Origin: Podarcis cretensis | Taxonomy: Eukaryota | Direction of reading: 5' to 3' | Length of the DNA stretch: 64,000 nt | Assembly: GCA_951804945.1 (NCBI GenBank) | Contig: OX638163.1 | Span: 11,780,001 to 11,844,000, forward strand | Part shown: positions 11,682 through 23,720 of the stretch, in pieces | Layout of the letters: every line of letters begins with the position of its first letter | How positions within the stretch are numbered: position 1 is the first letter of the stretch | Notes under the pieces: model-generated | Seen by the model: only the letters and a program-made list of their open reading frames with translations | Told to the model about the DNA's origin: nothing | The model's database searches: none | Program-made: the position numbers and the translations under genes

Positions 11682-14351
11682 TAATTCCAATGGAGGTATT
11701 ACTCTGAGTAGAACTTAGTTGGACCATATTTCACTAAGTAAAACCAGAACAGATGTGAAATGCACAAAGCTAAGGCAACTCTCTCAATACTGAATTTTAC
11801 TGCAAAATATTAAGAAGTACTTTGTACAGTCTTTAAAAAAGAAAAGGAGGTGGCACTGAAATGTATACTTTTTGAAGCTGATTTAAAAGATTCAAAACCA
11901 CCACAAGGTAATGACCCTCCCCTAACAACTATTGATCTTATCTAACAAAATGCTCTTCCTCTGGATCTATGCCAATAACAGGGGCAGACTTTGGTAATCT
12001 TTTGTAATACAGCGCCCTGTGCATGCCCAAAATTTGGTGCCCCAAAATGGATCTTCTCAGTTTTGCACCCCCTTGGCTCAGTGCCCTGTGCAGGAGAATT
12101 GCTTGTACTGTCCTATATCCAGTGCTGCCAATGACAACGTCATACTGGAGAAAGTGCTCTCCAAACATCAGTGGGGAGACAATGATTTTCTGGATTTTCT
12201 ACTATAGCCCCAAGATCCACCAAAGTGAGATGGAGGAATTAATAGGTTAGAGGGCGAAGCCAGATGCAAAATGGAAGCTAATGGCAGAGTCAATTGCCTA
12301 CTAGACACCATAAGCTCGACACTGGGATAAACTGCATACAAAAAGTATACAACTGAGTAGAACATATTACATATTACAAATTCCAATACAAAACCCTAAA
12401 AAAGGGCCAGCAGAGCTGCAAAAAGACAACCAAAGGCAACCAATCTATAGCCATATTTTACTGAGGAGTAACACAAAGCGAGCCAATAAGCAATTAGCCG
12501 GATGCCCACTGTGGCAGACATGGGTTTTTTTAATAAAAAAATCATTTTGTTTGCTACAGTTAAATCCTTACCAATCAGCTCCAGAGTATCCAGTAGCTCC
12601 CCACTTAACTTGTACCCACCCCTGCTTTAAGACATGCCAGTGTTCACTGAATTCCTTTGTGAGCTATACATTAGCTATAAAAGCTGTGCAATAAGAGCCA
12701 ATTTGTGTATTATCAGAGTGGTCTGGCTGATGCTTCCCTGTGGCTCCATCATATACCACACCACTGCCATCTGTATGCAGGAAAGCAGTAGGGATGGGGG
12801 GCCACACTAGTCGGGGGGGGGGGGCGACAGGACTTCTTACAACCATGAATTAAGACATTTGTGTTCTTGCAGTCACACATCCATGATCCTGTTACTCTGA
12901 AGTAGCTTCATTGACTAGCTCAAAACTACTATTGAATAACTGCCTGATGGATGACATTTTCCTATAGCGCTGAATATGACAAATACAAGAATTCATTTGC
13001 ATAATTTAGAACAAGTAGAAGGTTTTTTAAGTCCTGCTCAAAGGGGAACAGATTCTATTTTTTCTAATTATGTGCTAAACTATCAGAAAGAACGGAAGGC
13101 ATTAAGCTGAAATAAGGCGGGGAAACAGATATTACTGAATAAACAAGTGTGTTCCATGTAAAGCTACTTAGTGTGCAGGATATAAAACACGGCAAGCACC
13201 AGCAGCCCAATACAAGCTTCCACAACCCTCAAAACATACCCAAGAGGTAATTGTCTCTCTATGTATCCACAAATCCGTTCTCTTATAGACCCTTACTGAG
13301 AAAGCAAGTCTGATGGGGGTAAGCATTTATATTTAATAAATATTATATTTGATCCATTTGTGATGGAGAAATAAGACTGAAATGTTCTGACTTCTCATTT
13401 TGTCTGGCACTGAACTTAGGGCCATGAAGACATTCCCTGCATCTCCTTCAGATGGCTTCAGTCAGAAGAAGTTAATAATAATAATAAGAAGAATTGCAAA
13501 AATCCTAAATTTATCATTTCATGTATTTATGTACTACGAAAAGTATCAGAAATTTGGTGATTGTTAACATTTACCAGTAAATGTTTAACATTTATGGAGT
13601 CCTGTAAAAACTCTGACATCTATCAGGCTAACATACCTCAAAGCATTTGGTTTTCTATAAACAGCCAAATTCCACCCTCAATCCCTTCATTTAGTAGTAA
13701 TAAGTAAACGAAAACATCTAAAAATCTTTTAATTTACACCAGCAGCAAATGCCAGACTTTTCCAACACTTACCACTGAACATGATCTTGTTACTTCAACA
13801 TGTTACTTCCATATTCTGTACTAATTTCAGATTACCACTCACACAACTGAAGAAGCCTCAAATAGGAACACCACCCTATGCTAAATGTGTGGTGTTTTAG
13901 CTAAACAACTGGTTTGAAATTTAGCAGAGTCAGGGACATTTTTCAACTTCCCCTGCATTCTTTTGTAGCCAATCCATTTCGAAAGAGTCAGGGTGATTCC
14001 AGTTTTACAAAATGAGCCACTTATTGAAGTCAAATATGTGTCATTTAGTCAAATGTCCACCAAGGAGTAACACAGTATGCTTCAGCTCTGACCCTTGATC
14101 CTCTCCAACAGCTGTGGCTTTTAATCAACAAACCTACATTTACACTGAAGCAGGTAACAGGCTCCCTTGACCCATCCACCTTGCATCCATCGTACCACAA
14201 AGTGTGTCATTGTAATTGTAGGAAAGGTGTATTGATTTGTGGATTCTTTAAGTTTGTCGGCAAGAAAGGGAGAGGGGAAGAACAGTAGCCATCTTCCCAC
14301 TGAACAGCTTCAATGATAGCTCTCACAGTCAACTTCTACAATTAGGATGGG

Positions 14352-14353
<2 letters not shown>

Positions 14354-14392
<39 letters not shown>
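14354..14392. repeat. (GT)n microsatellite; also (GT)n ~15526-15557 and (CA)n ~23443-23470
   Basis: Direct observation. Confidence 0.95.
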
Positions 14393-14395
<3 letters not shown>

Positions 14396-14399
14396 AATA

Positions 14400-14900
14400 C
14401 CAACAGGATCTCTGCTGTCAGAGCAAAGCCTTTGCCTTTAATTCATTAAGTCACCGAACAATGGGAGCCAACAAGCCTACAAGAGAAATGCCATTGTTCC
14501 TTCGCTGGAATGTTGGGGGGGGGCACTCCCCTTTTGCCTCCATGTAAATGAACTTACTGCTCGCTCTATTCAAGCTTAGTCGGAGAGCTCCTCATTTGCT
14601 GCCTCTCCGGCTTGGCGACAGCATTTTCTCACCAGCCCTGACTGCATAATTAATGCAAATGCTGCCTTAGTGTCATGAGCCAGGCTCCTTTGGTTTACTT
14701 TGGTACGACACTTACAGAGGAATATTAACTAGAGAAAGGAGCATCACAACAGGGGTGGAAAATCAGCCTGTCAGGGACTCACTCCAAATGCCACTGAAAA
14801 GGAGAGCGCCTTCAAGACTGTTTCATCAAGGTGATTGAGAACAAAAACTACTGAGGAAAATTCAAGCTTACATTTATGAGCTTTTCCACATGCATTATTT
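14400..14900. promoter_or_regulatory. Candidate conserved non-coding enhancer
   Basis: Repeat-free. SOX-like AACAATGG and CCATTGTT; ATAATTAATGCAAAT (homeobox plus octamer) at ~14646-14660. Confidence 0.4.
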
Positions 14901-15523
14901 ATTATATCTCTTCTCTCTTCTCCCCCCCCCCTTGCCCCCGCCAACCATGCCGCCAAACCTATAGGAACTATATTCCCAGACACATAGCCACACAACAATA
15001 GCCTGCAGAACCTCCAAGTTAAACAAACATCCTCTCTCTTAGCACGTAAACAAATAGTGTCAATTGCAGATAGTCGGAGAAAAAACTAGCTGGAAAAACA
15101 AATATACCGGTACCTTTACTTTACTACTGAAAGCTCAATTCTGTTTGCCATGTACCTCACCGCACCCTCAAAAGGGCCAACCTGCTAGAACTCAGTATTT
15201 TAATCTTGCGAAAAATTAGGCTTGCTATTCCCCACAGTGAAATGAAAAGGTAGCCGCATTTAGAGTACTTAACAATTAGCAGAGAAAATATTGTCGCCTC
15301 TTATCTTTCTTTGTGCATTGAATGGCACAGTTTATCAAGGATCTTATAAATGTTATGGCTTTTCAAGCAGTTTAAAATAAAAGTGGTTTGTAAGCAATCT
15401 TTATTCACAATCTGAATTACAATGAATTGACAACTCGTTTCACACACACATACAACAAATAAACCCATACACACACATATAATGCAATCTCAATAAACCA
15501 ACAAATGGGGAGACTACCTTACA

Positions 15524-15561
<38 letters not shown>

Positions 15562-16559
15562 CCTGAAAACATCTATCAGTTTGGTTAAATTGGTTGACAT
15601 ATATATCACCACTTAAAAGATGGATTTGCACGCTGATTTTCAAAAAGGAGCTGTCCCCTGGGATGTAATGCTCAGTGCTGATGATATTGCTGATCTAAAC
15701 GAGCCATGAATGCATCTTGATACAGGCAACATTCCTAAAAGAGTTTACATTATTGGTCTGAATATTTTCTGGAGAGTAAATATTAGCTTCACTGTATTTT
15801 TCTCATAAATGTGCAGAGCTTCTGCCAAAATTTAGCTGGACTAGGCCAACAGGTGTAGTAGCCCCAGCCACTTACACCCAAAATCCCACTCATATTTGTG
15901 AGTCACATCTAGTTTGACTTCTGGACACAATACAAATATTCCTTAGATTTGAGAATATTTGCAGGTTCAGAAACAAGCCCAATCATTCTGGAAGACAACT
16001 GTCTGAAGGCTGCCTTTACATTACAGCAGAAAATAGGAGGTCAAATACTGGCATGGGGTGGGGAGGAAAGAAAGGATACACTCTTGCTTCTGTAGTCAGG
16101 CTTTCCCTTGTCATACTGCTGCTTCATTTCCACTTGGCATTAACAATATCACTAGTTGTGGTTCTGTCTTCATTCCCATCTCAAGTGGTTACTGGATTTT
16201 GATTTAAATTAACACTAATGCTTTCATGAAACTGTCTAAATTCTATAGCTTTTAAAACAAGGAGAAGCACTGAGGCACAAGGTAATAATCCACCAGCAAA
16301 ATATTTAGATAATATTAGCAAGGAGATGATTCTATACACTGTTTAAAAGTTGCCATTTCTCAATGCAGTCCTTCAAAGTTGTATTTTGTATGTCTCAAAT
16401 TTTACCCTTTGAGATGATTTACTGTCTTTTAAAAAAGAAGAAGCAATAGCAATTTCGTTTGCAAGTTTCTACAAGAGAGTGAAGCCACTGATTTCAAATG
16501 CTTGTAGCTGCCAAACTAGCTCTTAGGGAGAAAGGAAGGTGATTTGGTTGTGCAAGCAT

Positions 16560-17760
16560 GCTAGGAATTCCTCCCCGCAAAGGGGTCAAATGCAGGCCAC
16601 GGGATAGCCTTACACATCCCATGCTATTTGGCGACTGAGAACTATAGCCAACTGCACAGCTTCGGGGCTTTTAATTTAACACACGATAAGCAAACACACA
16701 AACACCATGAGGCTCCCCTAATAGCGTATATGCATACACCCAAACAGATCAAAATGAATGTGCCAATCAAACAGCTTATTTTCAAGGGGGGCAACAGCCT
16801 TGCAGGCAATTATTACAAATTAAAGGTATTATATCGAAGTCATTTTTAATATCTTAGAAATGAGTAACGATTCAACAGATGCTAAATCATTTCCTCTACC
16901 AATACCCTTCTGCACAAGTTAAGTTTCTATACTGCCAGAGCAGGATGCAGCATTTGGGCTGGGTGGTTGTGAAGGGCAAGCCTTTCGTCAGAGAGAAAAT
17001 CTCACCCGTGGGTTAGGAGATCTTCATAAACATGTGCCTGGCCAGGGTGCTACTAATTTCACGTGTAGCTAAAATGTCACTTGCTTTATTTTATTGGCAA
17101 TAAGCACCAAAATCATTATGAAGATTAGTCTTCTCCCCCAGTCTGCTACAGGATTTTCATCCTTACATTCCTTTAGTCAACAAACAATGCACACAAAGGA
17201 GATGTTAAGGTGTTTGCTGCTCTGTGCCAAAGGCAGATCAGCCCACTTCGTGTATACATGGCAGGCAAACGAAAGTCAAAACACCAGCTTCAGAGGGCTA
17301 AGTTCGTGCAACGTAAGTGCCAGCAGCTCCACAGCTTCCATTTCAGCACAGTGCTAACAGGGCATTAATATTGTCATTTTCAACCTTGGGATCAGTACAC
17401 AAATGTGTTGTAAAACGGGAGGAAATCCCCCTGCGATATGAGTGCGAAACATGCAGCTCATTGATTTTCTTCTTGATAGTCTGCTATTAAACTGGCGAAC
17501 ACGCTGACCTTGTGTGCAAGGGGAGAGCGGTGTGTATGCAACATAAAGTTGAAAAACAGCTGCAGGAATGACTGTGTGAAACTGCAGCCTACCAGCCCCT
17601 TAAAATATAGACCCGGATTCCATAGTTTATTTTAAATTGGCAACCACAATTTAACAAGCTATTCTAACAAATGATTAGCATAGCATGTGCCTTTCTTAAG
17701 CCATCAATTATGACAAAGGGGTAACACAGGGCACAACTTAAGTGTCAAATTACAAGAAGC
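16560..17760. promoter_or_regulatory. Candidate conserved non-coding block
   Basis: About 1.2 kb without recognisable TE, with retained CpGs, E-boxes (CACGTG, CAGCTG) and homeodomain sites. Confidence 0.35.
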
Positions 17761-20077
17761 TATACAGGACCGCTTTCCAACACAGCCTTGTGTTTGCAGA
17801 GCAATTATTGCTTCCTTCCAGCTTTGAAATAAAAGCTGATGTCAAAATTCTAAACATTATATTCTCTGTGCTGGAGCTTTTGAGAAAGTGGAGAATTTTG
17901 TTTATAGTATATATATGCTTCTTGTCACTTAAAATTACATCAATATATGTATAATTATATCTATAGATATTTTATTATTGGAAATATGAGAGATTTAGGA
18001 GAAAATGATAAAAGGGGGAAACCTATTCCCTCCCCACCTCAACACAAAAAAATGTGCGTCTGTGCTTTGCTTCTGCAATAGTTTGAATATATTTTGATCT
18101 ATTAAACAGAGCAAACAAGGAATCATTTTTTATGGATATCAGATGTGGATCTGTGTGAACATAAAAACTACAGGCAGGTCACAAAGATGCTCAGCTTATT
18201 TAGGAAGATTTAAATTGCAATCTTAAAAGTAAATCACTCAGATGACTTTTACTATCTCTATTAACAAAGGGAGGAAAAACAGAATCATTTATAATGCGGA
18301 ACCTTCTTGTTCCCCTCCTTCCTTGCACAAAATTCTGTATTCCACAAAGGGGGGGGGGGCAAGAAATCCAGTTCTGAGCTATTTTGTTCTCTTCTGTCCT
18401 TCTGCCTGCATTTGCCTAAAGGCTCCCAACTAAATTACACTCCAAGTAAATGACTGTAATTTACCCGTTGAATTCCCTTGTTCGGGAAAGGAACACACAA
18501 TACATTCCTGCGTTTCCTCGGCTCAAATTTACCATTCTGCATGTCAAGAACAATCCAGGGGCAGTAATTTGAAACTGTTTGAACCTTCAAATAAGGGAAA
18601 TTAGAAATGTTTTGAGAGCCAAGATTTCCAGCGAGGAGATAAAACCTGATAAAAATCTGTAACAGTTCAATTCCTTCTGCTTTAGATTTCTAAACAGGAC
18701 ATTAAATGTACGGTTAAGCCAGTGGCTAGAGCACACACAAGTGCTACAGTGAAGAAGGGTATTAAAAGGGAAAACATGGAAATATTTATTGCACTGCGGA
18801 GTGATTACTTTTCTTTTTTTTAAGACATGATAAAAATGCAGAGGAAAGCATGACCTAGAGGATTATGCTACTAATTCAAAACTTTGAAAATATTTATTTG
18901 AGCAATCACAGAATTTAAAGCTAAATACAGAGGGGTGATAACCACTTTGAAAATAATAGTAATAAAAATGTTCTTTAGACCAGGCTAAAGGATGAAAATC
19001 AGAACTGAGGCTGCATACATATGATGAATTAGCACAGAAGGGCTTTGGCCGTGCAACTGGTCTTTATGCTGAAGATCGCTAGTAATAACCCACAGAAGTA
19101 CCGGTACTTCCTGCATGACATTACAGCGCACAAACACACTACAGTTAAAGCACACACTCAATAACCAAAACAGCCTATTTTGCTCAGTCTAAAAGCAGCC
19201 TTTCATACAGCAAAACTGTTATAAATCCTCATTATCCTAAATAAAATTACAGCACTTTAAGCATATCCAGGGAGAACATTTGCTCCTCTAAACAACCACC
19301 TTAGCGAGTAATAGGAAGCAATATGGTTGCACTTGTGTCACAGTTGGAAGTCTTTTTAAACTGTCGCCCTGCTAGCAAACCAATTCTACATATTAAAATG
19401 AATGGATTGCTTATTTCAGAGGAGGAAGGGGGTAGAAATCATTTATAAAATCAAGACTCTTATTAAGATACTGTGACTTATTTCTACTCCAAACTGCAGG
19501 TGAAGTAGATAAATGCAGCCACCACTGTACATCCAAAATGTCTCCTGTCTGTGTCACAATTTTCTATTTCGAATGAGTCATTCATCTGCACAAGTAAATT
19601 AAACATTGATCCAGAGTCTATACAGGTGAAGTTTTACACATTTTGAAAATATACGCCTGCTAGAGACACCACAGAATGATCACAAACTCTTGACTGCTAT
19701 ATAAGAACAGGATCCGTGCCCTGACAGGATAGTGAGACAGCACAGGCCTCCTTATGAACTTACATTATAAAACTCTGTATATTTTGGATGCTGTAGAGTC
19801 CAGAGTGCCCAAAATATACAGTCCTTGCTATGGGCAGGATGATTGCATATTTACAGAGTATAACTTCACATCTGACATATCTGACATATCTGACAAGGAT
19901 TAGGGAGTTGAAAATAAAAAGACGCACTGTATTCAGTAAAACAAGTGTACTCATAGCATTGTAAAGAAAAAACTCCTGACATCCTGCAAGTTCCACAGAG
20001 AAGCTGAGAATCATAGAATCATAGCTCTTTGTAAAGTATCAACTTCAAAATAAGGATCTTGCTATATGCTAGGGTTC

Positions 20078-20371
20078 AGTAACTGAGGCGCAGGGCTTTG
20101 TGATGAAGTCTATCCCGGAGCGCTTGCACTGCCTTTCTAAAGCTGAGTGATCCCCAGGGATTGTCACCATCCCAGAGCAAAGGCCAAGTAAACGAGGCAC
20201 GGGGCTCTTGGGAAGGCAGTATGAGGGCTTTGGCAGCATCCCAGAGCCCTCATGCCCCTTCCTAAAGCAAGGTGCTGGGCTTTGGAAGGAGGCCTAAGGG
20301 CTCAGAAAGTACCCCAGAGCCCTTGTGCTGCCTTCCCAAAGCAGCACCAGATTTAAGGCAGTTCCCGCACA
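20078..20371. repeat. Palindromic-unit array, block A
   Basis: Starts AGTAACTGAGG. Hairpins ATGAGGGCTTTGG-CAGCATC-CCAGAGCCCTCAT (20221-20253) and GTGCTGGGCTTTGGAAGG...CCTTCCCAAAGCAGCAC (20272-20347). Ends GATTTAAGG...TTCCCGCACA. Confidence 0.85.
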
Positions 20372-20532
20372 AGACTCCAAGACGAAGTAGTGCATCATCA
20401 CCATCATCCCTATATTTATACGACTCCCTACTAAGAAATCCATTAAAAAAAAACTGTACCAAAATGAATTATTGTGAAAATTTCCGCTCTCCCTTCCCAA
20501 CAGGTGGGCAGGGTTTGCGACACCAAGCGGAC

Positions 20533-21326
20533 CTACCTGGTCAGGTGCCTCCCACCTGCGTAGGGTGGCCATCGTCCCGCCCCCGGCCTGGGAGGACAAT
20601 GAACACCTGGCTGGGGGTAGGGCGAGGGCCATGGGAAATGAGGCTGACCCCTTTGGCCAAACCTTGCTTTGTTTCCTCCTCTTTCAGGTTCACCCATCCA
20701 ACCCTCCCAAATTAATAATATTTTCTTGCAGCCTAATATTTTCCATTCCAGGTCAGCGGGCACTGCTATGGTCTTAAGATAGTTACTGTATTCAGAACCA
20801 GGAAGGAATTTTCCATGCATTGGCAGGTTTTGCCTTCCCCGTAGCATTTCGTCACAACTTTGACGGTTTTTAGGCCTTGGCAAGGTATCCTTTAGTCTAT
20901 CTTCAAGTTTTGGGGGGAAGCATTTCATGCAAACACCCCATGCGGTGGCATTTGCAGTACCCATTAAAGAGTCAATTGCGGGAGTCCCTGGCCATAGAGC
21001 AGCGGCATGTAGGTCAAACTCCCAGCCGAGGTAAAGTGGAAGGGCACGCTGTGTAAGTTTGTGCTTTACATCCCCTCCCATTGCACCTTATTGCCCTGCA
21101 CATCCTCCGTCTCAGTCGGGCTGAGAGGGTTACATGCCAAGGCCTATGCCAAGTTTCCCACATTCTGAAGTTGAATAAAGTTGTGGCCAATTTGAACCCA
21201 TATTCTGGTTTCTTGTCTCATTCTTTGGGGGGGGGGGTAGGCTCCATGGACAGGGTTCAGCATGTGTGCTCGCGATAAGAAATATTTGAGAGGGACACCA
21301 AATGTTGTTTCACTCATATTATTCAC
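20533..21326 (-). pseudogene. Orphan ORF, probably frameshifted, of an unclassified mobile or viral-like element
   Basis: 182-codon stop-free frame at 20533-21081, the longest non-gap ORF outside recognisable TEs. It can be extended upstream through two frameshifts, one at the G-run ~21227-21237. No homologue recognised. Confidence 0.4.
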
Positions 21327-21368
21327 TCACTTACTCACATTACCAAAGTTCGCCACTGCCCAAAGTTT

Positions 21369-21546
21369 AGTAACTGAGGCAGGGGGCTTTGGGAAGGATG
21401 CACGATTGGCTCTGACAGTGTCCCAGAGCCATCCTGAAAAGCCAAGTACATAAATGAGTGCTGTGCTTGGCAGTATCTCAGAACCCTCTCAATGCCTTTC
21501 CAAAACAGTGTTGGATTTAAGGAGGTGCAGGCGGTTTTCCCGCACA
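21369..21546. repeat. Palindromic-unit array, block B (diverged direct repeat of block A)
   Basis: AGTAACTGAGG (21369), CCCAGAGCC, CCAAGTA (21442), GATTTAAGG (21514) and TTCCCGCACA (~21537), in the same order as block A. Confidence 0.8.
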
Positions 21547-21682
21547 GGGTGCCAAGCCAACGGGGACAAAATAAATAATAATAATACCATAAAACATATT
21601 GGGGGAAGGAGATTTTATCCTCACTCAGGGACCCAGGGCATCATATCGCCAAAGAAAAAAAGCCCACCCCTGTTCAATGCTG

Positions 21683-21913
21683 CTCAGTAACTCAGTAACG
21701 GGGCTTCACGGAAGAAGGTGTAAGGGCTCTGCAGCATCTCAGAACCCTTGCACCCGAACCCAAGTAAGCGAAGTGCTGGGCTTGGCAGCATCCCAGAGCC
21801 CTTACTCCGCCCTCCCAAAGCCAGCCAGCTCATTTACCACACCCCTCATGCTGCCTTCTTAAAGCCAAGTAAGAGAAGTGCTGGGCTTTGGGGTTTAGGC
21901 AGTCCGAAAGCCC
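21683..21913. repeat. Palindromic-unit array, block C
   Basis: CTCAGTAACTCAGTAAC; hairpin GGTGTAAGGGCTCTG-CAGCATCT-CAGAACCCTTGCACC (21717-21754); CCAAGTAAG-GAAGTGCTGGGCTT twice (21760, 21865). Confidence 0.85.
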
Positions 21914-22290
21914 ACCCACCCACTTTCCTTGGTAAGCAAGGAAAATCCATTGGATACACTGGTGGTGGGGGATTAATGGAGAGCGGACAACCGTGGATTT
22001 CCCCAGCTCTCCATGTATTCATTGATTTCCCTCCATCCGTGTAAGGTTGTGATTGAAAGCCAGCAGAAGTTGTGGGCTTACTGTACCACACTTGCTCTCC
22101 AGCTATGTTTCACTGTGTGTGGATACTGTCTACTGAAATCCTAAGAGTCAGAAATGAGGCTGAAGATTTCCTGGTAGAGCTTCTGAGTTCTGTATAGATT
22201 TCTCCCTTCCCTAGATGAGCAAATAGATCATTAAATCAGGCAAAAATAGTGTAACATTGCAGAATCATGTAAATTAAGCAGTTATGCATA

Positions 22291-22411
22291 CATGAGCATA
22301 GCGGGGGGGGGGGCAGCTCCCTCCCGATAAAAAATACTTAACAGACCAATTACATCGCATATAGCTCAGTTCTGTCCCGTCCCCCCAACAAAAATTCTGG
22401 CTATGCCCATG
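22291..22411. mobile_element. hAT MITE
   Basis: TIRs CATGAGCATAGC / GCTATGCCCATG; perfect 8-bp TSD TATGCATA. Confidence 0.85.
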
Positions 22412-23438
22412 TATGCATACAGGGTAAGCTTGCTTAATTCATACAAGGCAGATAATTTGGCTTTCCTTGTTTCAGGATTTTAAATACAATTCTAAATGTA
22501 ACCTCTAAATGTATATGTGGTTGTTCTCCAAATGCTTTTCAATCGAAACCTTTTCTTTTATAATTAAGACCTAGTGCACAATACTGCCTTTCCCCTCTTC
22601 CCTCCTGATCCATTTTCCTTTTGTGTTGTTTCTTTTAGATATTAGATATTAAATCAGAAGGGATGGTATTATTTTATTACAAATCTTTGTAATCTACTTC
22701 TAGGAGTCTTTTTAGCTGATAAGGAGAATGGAAACCCTTCAACTAAATAATACATTTTTTAAAGTAACCTACATATTTTCTCACTGTATGTGAGACGCTA
22801 TGTGTCTTGCATTAAAGCTGTTTACTGAACCTCCCCTAAAAAGTGATTCCTCTTTAGCTTCTGCAAATGCTGCTCCTCTTTGCAAATGTTCATCCCCATG
22901 CTCAACTATTTTCTTAACACATATCTATATTTTTCAGGCTGTCTGCAACATCTCCTAAGTAAAAATACTCCTCAGCAGATCACTTGTTTACATTGTCGAT
23001 TCAAAGTCTCAGTTCCACACACCTTCAAACCACTGAGGAAATTATAGGAACCCTGCAACTCCCACCCCCATAAGCTCCTGCATTACCAGCTGCTTTGCTA
23101 AAGGTTTTGTCAATACTAACATACCCTTCTCAACATTTGTTCCGTGCAGGACTCTTCTTGGCACTATCATGCCCCACTTGGAAAGCAACCGTATTCCTGG
23201 AATGCATTTAACCACAGGGTTGGGGCCTGGCAAAAATATTTTCAGTAGGTTATCCAAAATGTCTTCCCATCTGTCCCCACAAGCACACTGGCCAATGAAG
23301 ACAGCAAGGCAATTAGTATCAAAACAGATCCATTAATTCATGTAGATCTGTGTCTACAGCACGTTCCTGTTTTCATCCTTTATCATTCCCACCACATCTT
23401 CCCACACCTCCTTTTCCAAAATATTTTTAACACACTTT

Positions 23439-23473
<35 letters not shown>

Positions 23474-23589
23474 CTCAGATTCCACACGAAAGGCAAAACA
23501 GGGCATTTCTGCAAAAGGATCTGAATAATATGTATTTGAAATCTCCAGATTTGAAAGATGAGTGAAAACACTATCATCGTACATTTGGT

Positions 23590-23720
23590 CAGTGCTTTTT
23601 TCAGGGGGTAATCAAGGGCACACAGTACTGGTACCTCTTTTTGTTGTTAAAAAGTGTGGCACTTACAGTAACAACTTTATGGTGAGTACTGGCACCTATT
23701 TTTCTAGAAAAAAAGCACTG
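23590..23720. mobile_element. hAT MITE
   Basis: TIRs CAGTGCTTTTTT / AAAAAAGCACTG; diverged TSD CATTTGGT / TGTTTGGG. Confidence 0.8.

Noticed and set aside
20915-20950. Papillomavirus E6-like WGVCMKC motif
   Set aside because: A single CxxC without a partner CxxC about 29 residues away.
20078-21913. CRISPR array or hammerhead-ribozyme interpretation of the palindromic units
   Set aside because: Vertebrate context, diverged and irregularly spaced units, and no cas genes. I found no CTGANGA/GAAA hammerhead core on either strand by eye.
20070-22143. Possible TIR pair TAGGGTTCAGTA / TACTGAAATCCTA around the module
   Set aside because: Short, gapped and lacking a TSD, so not enough to define element ends.
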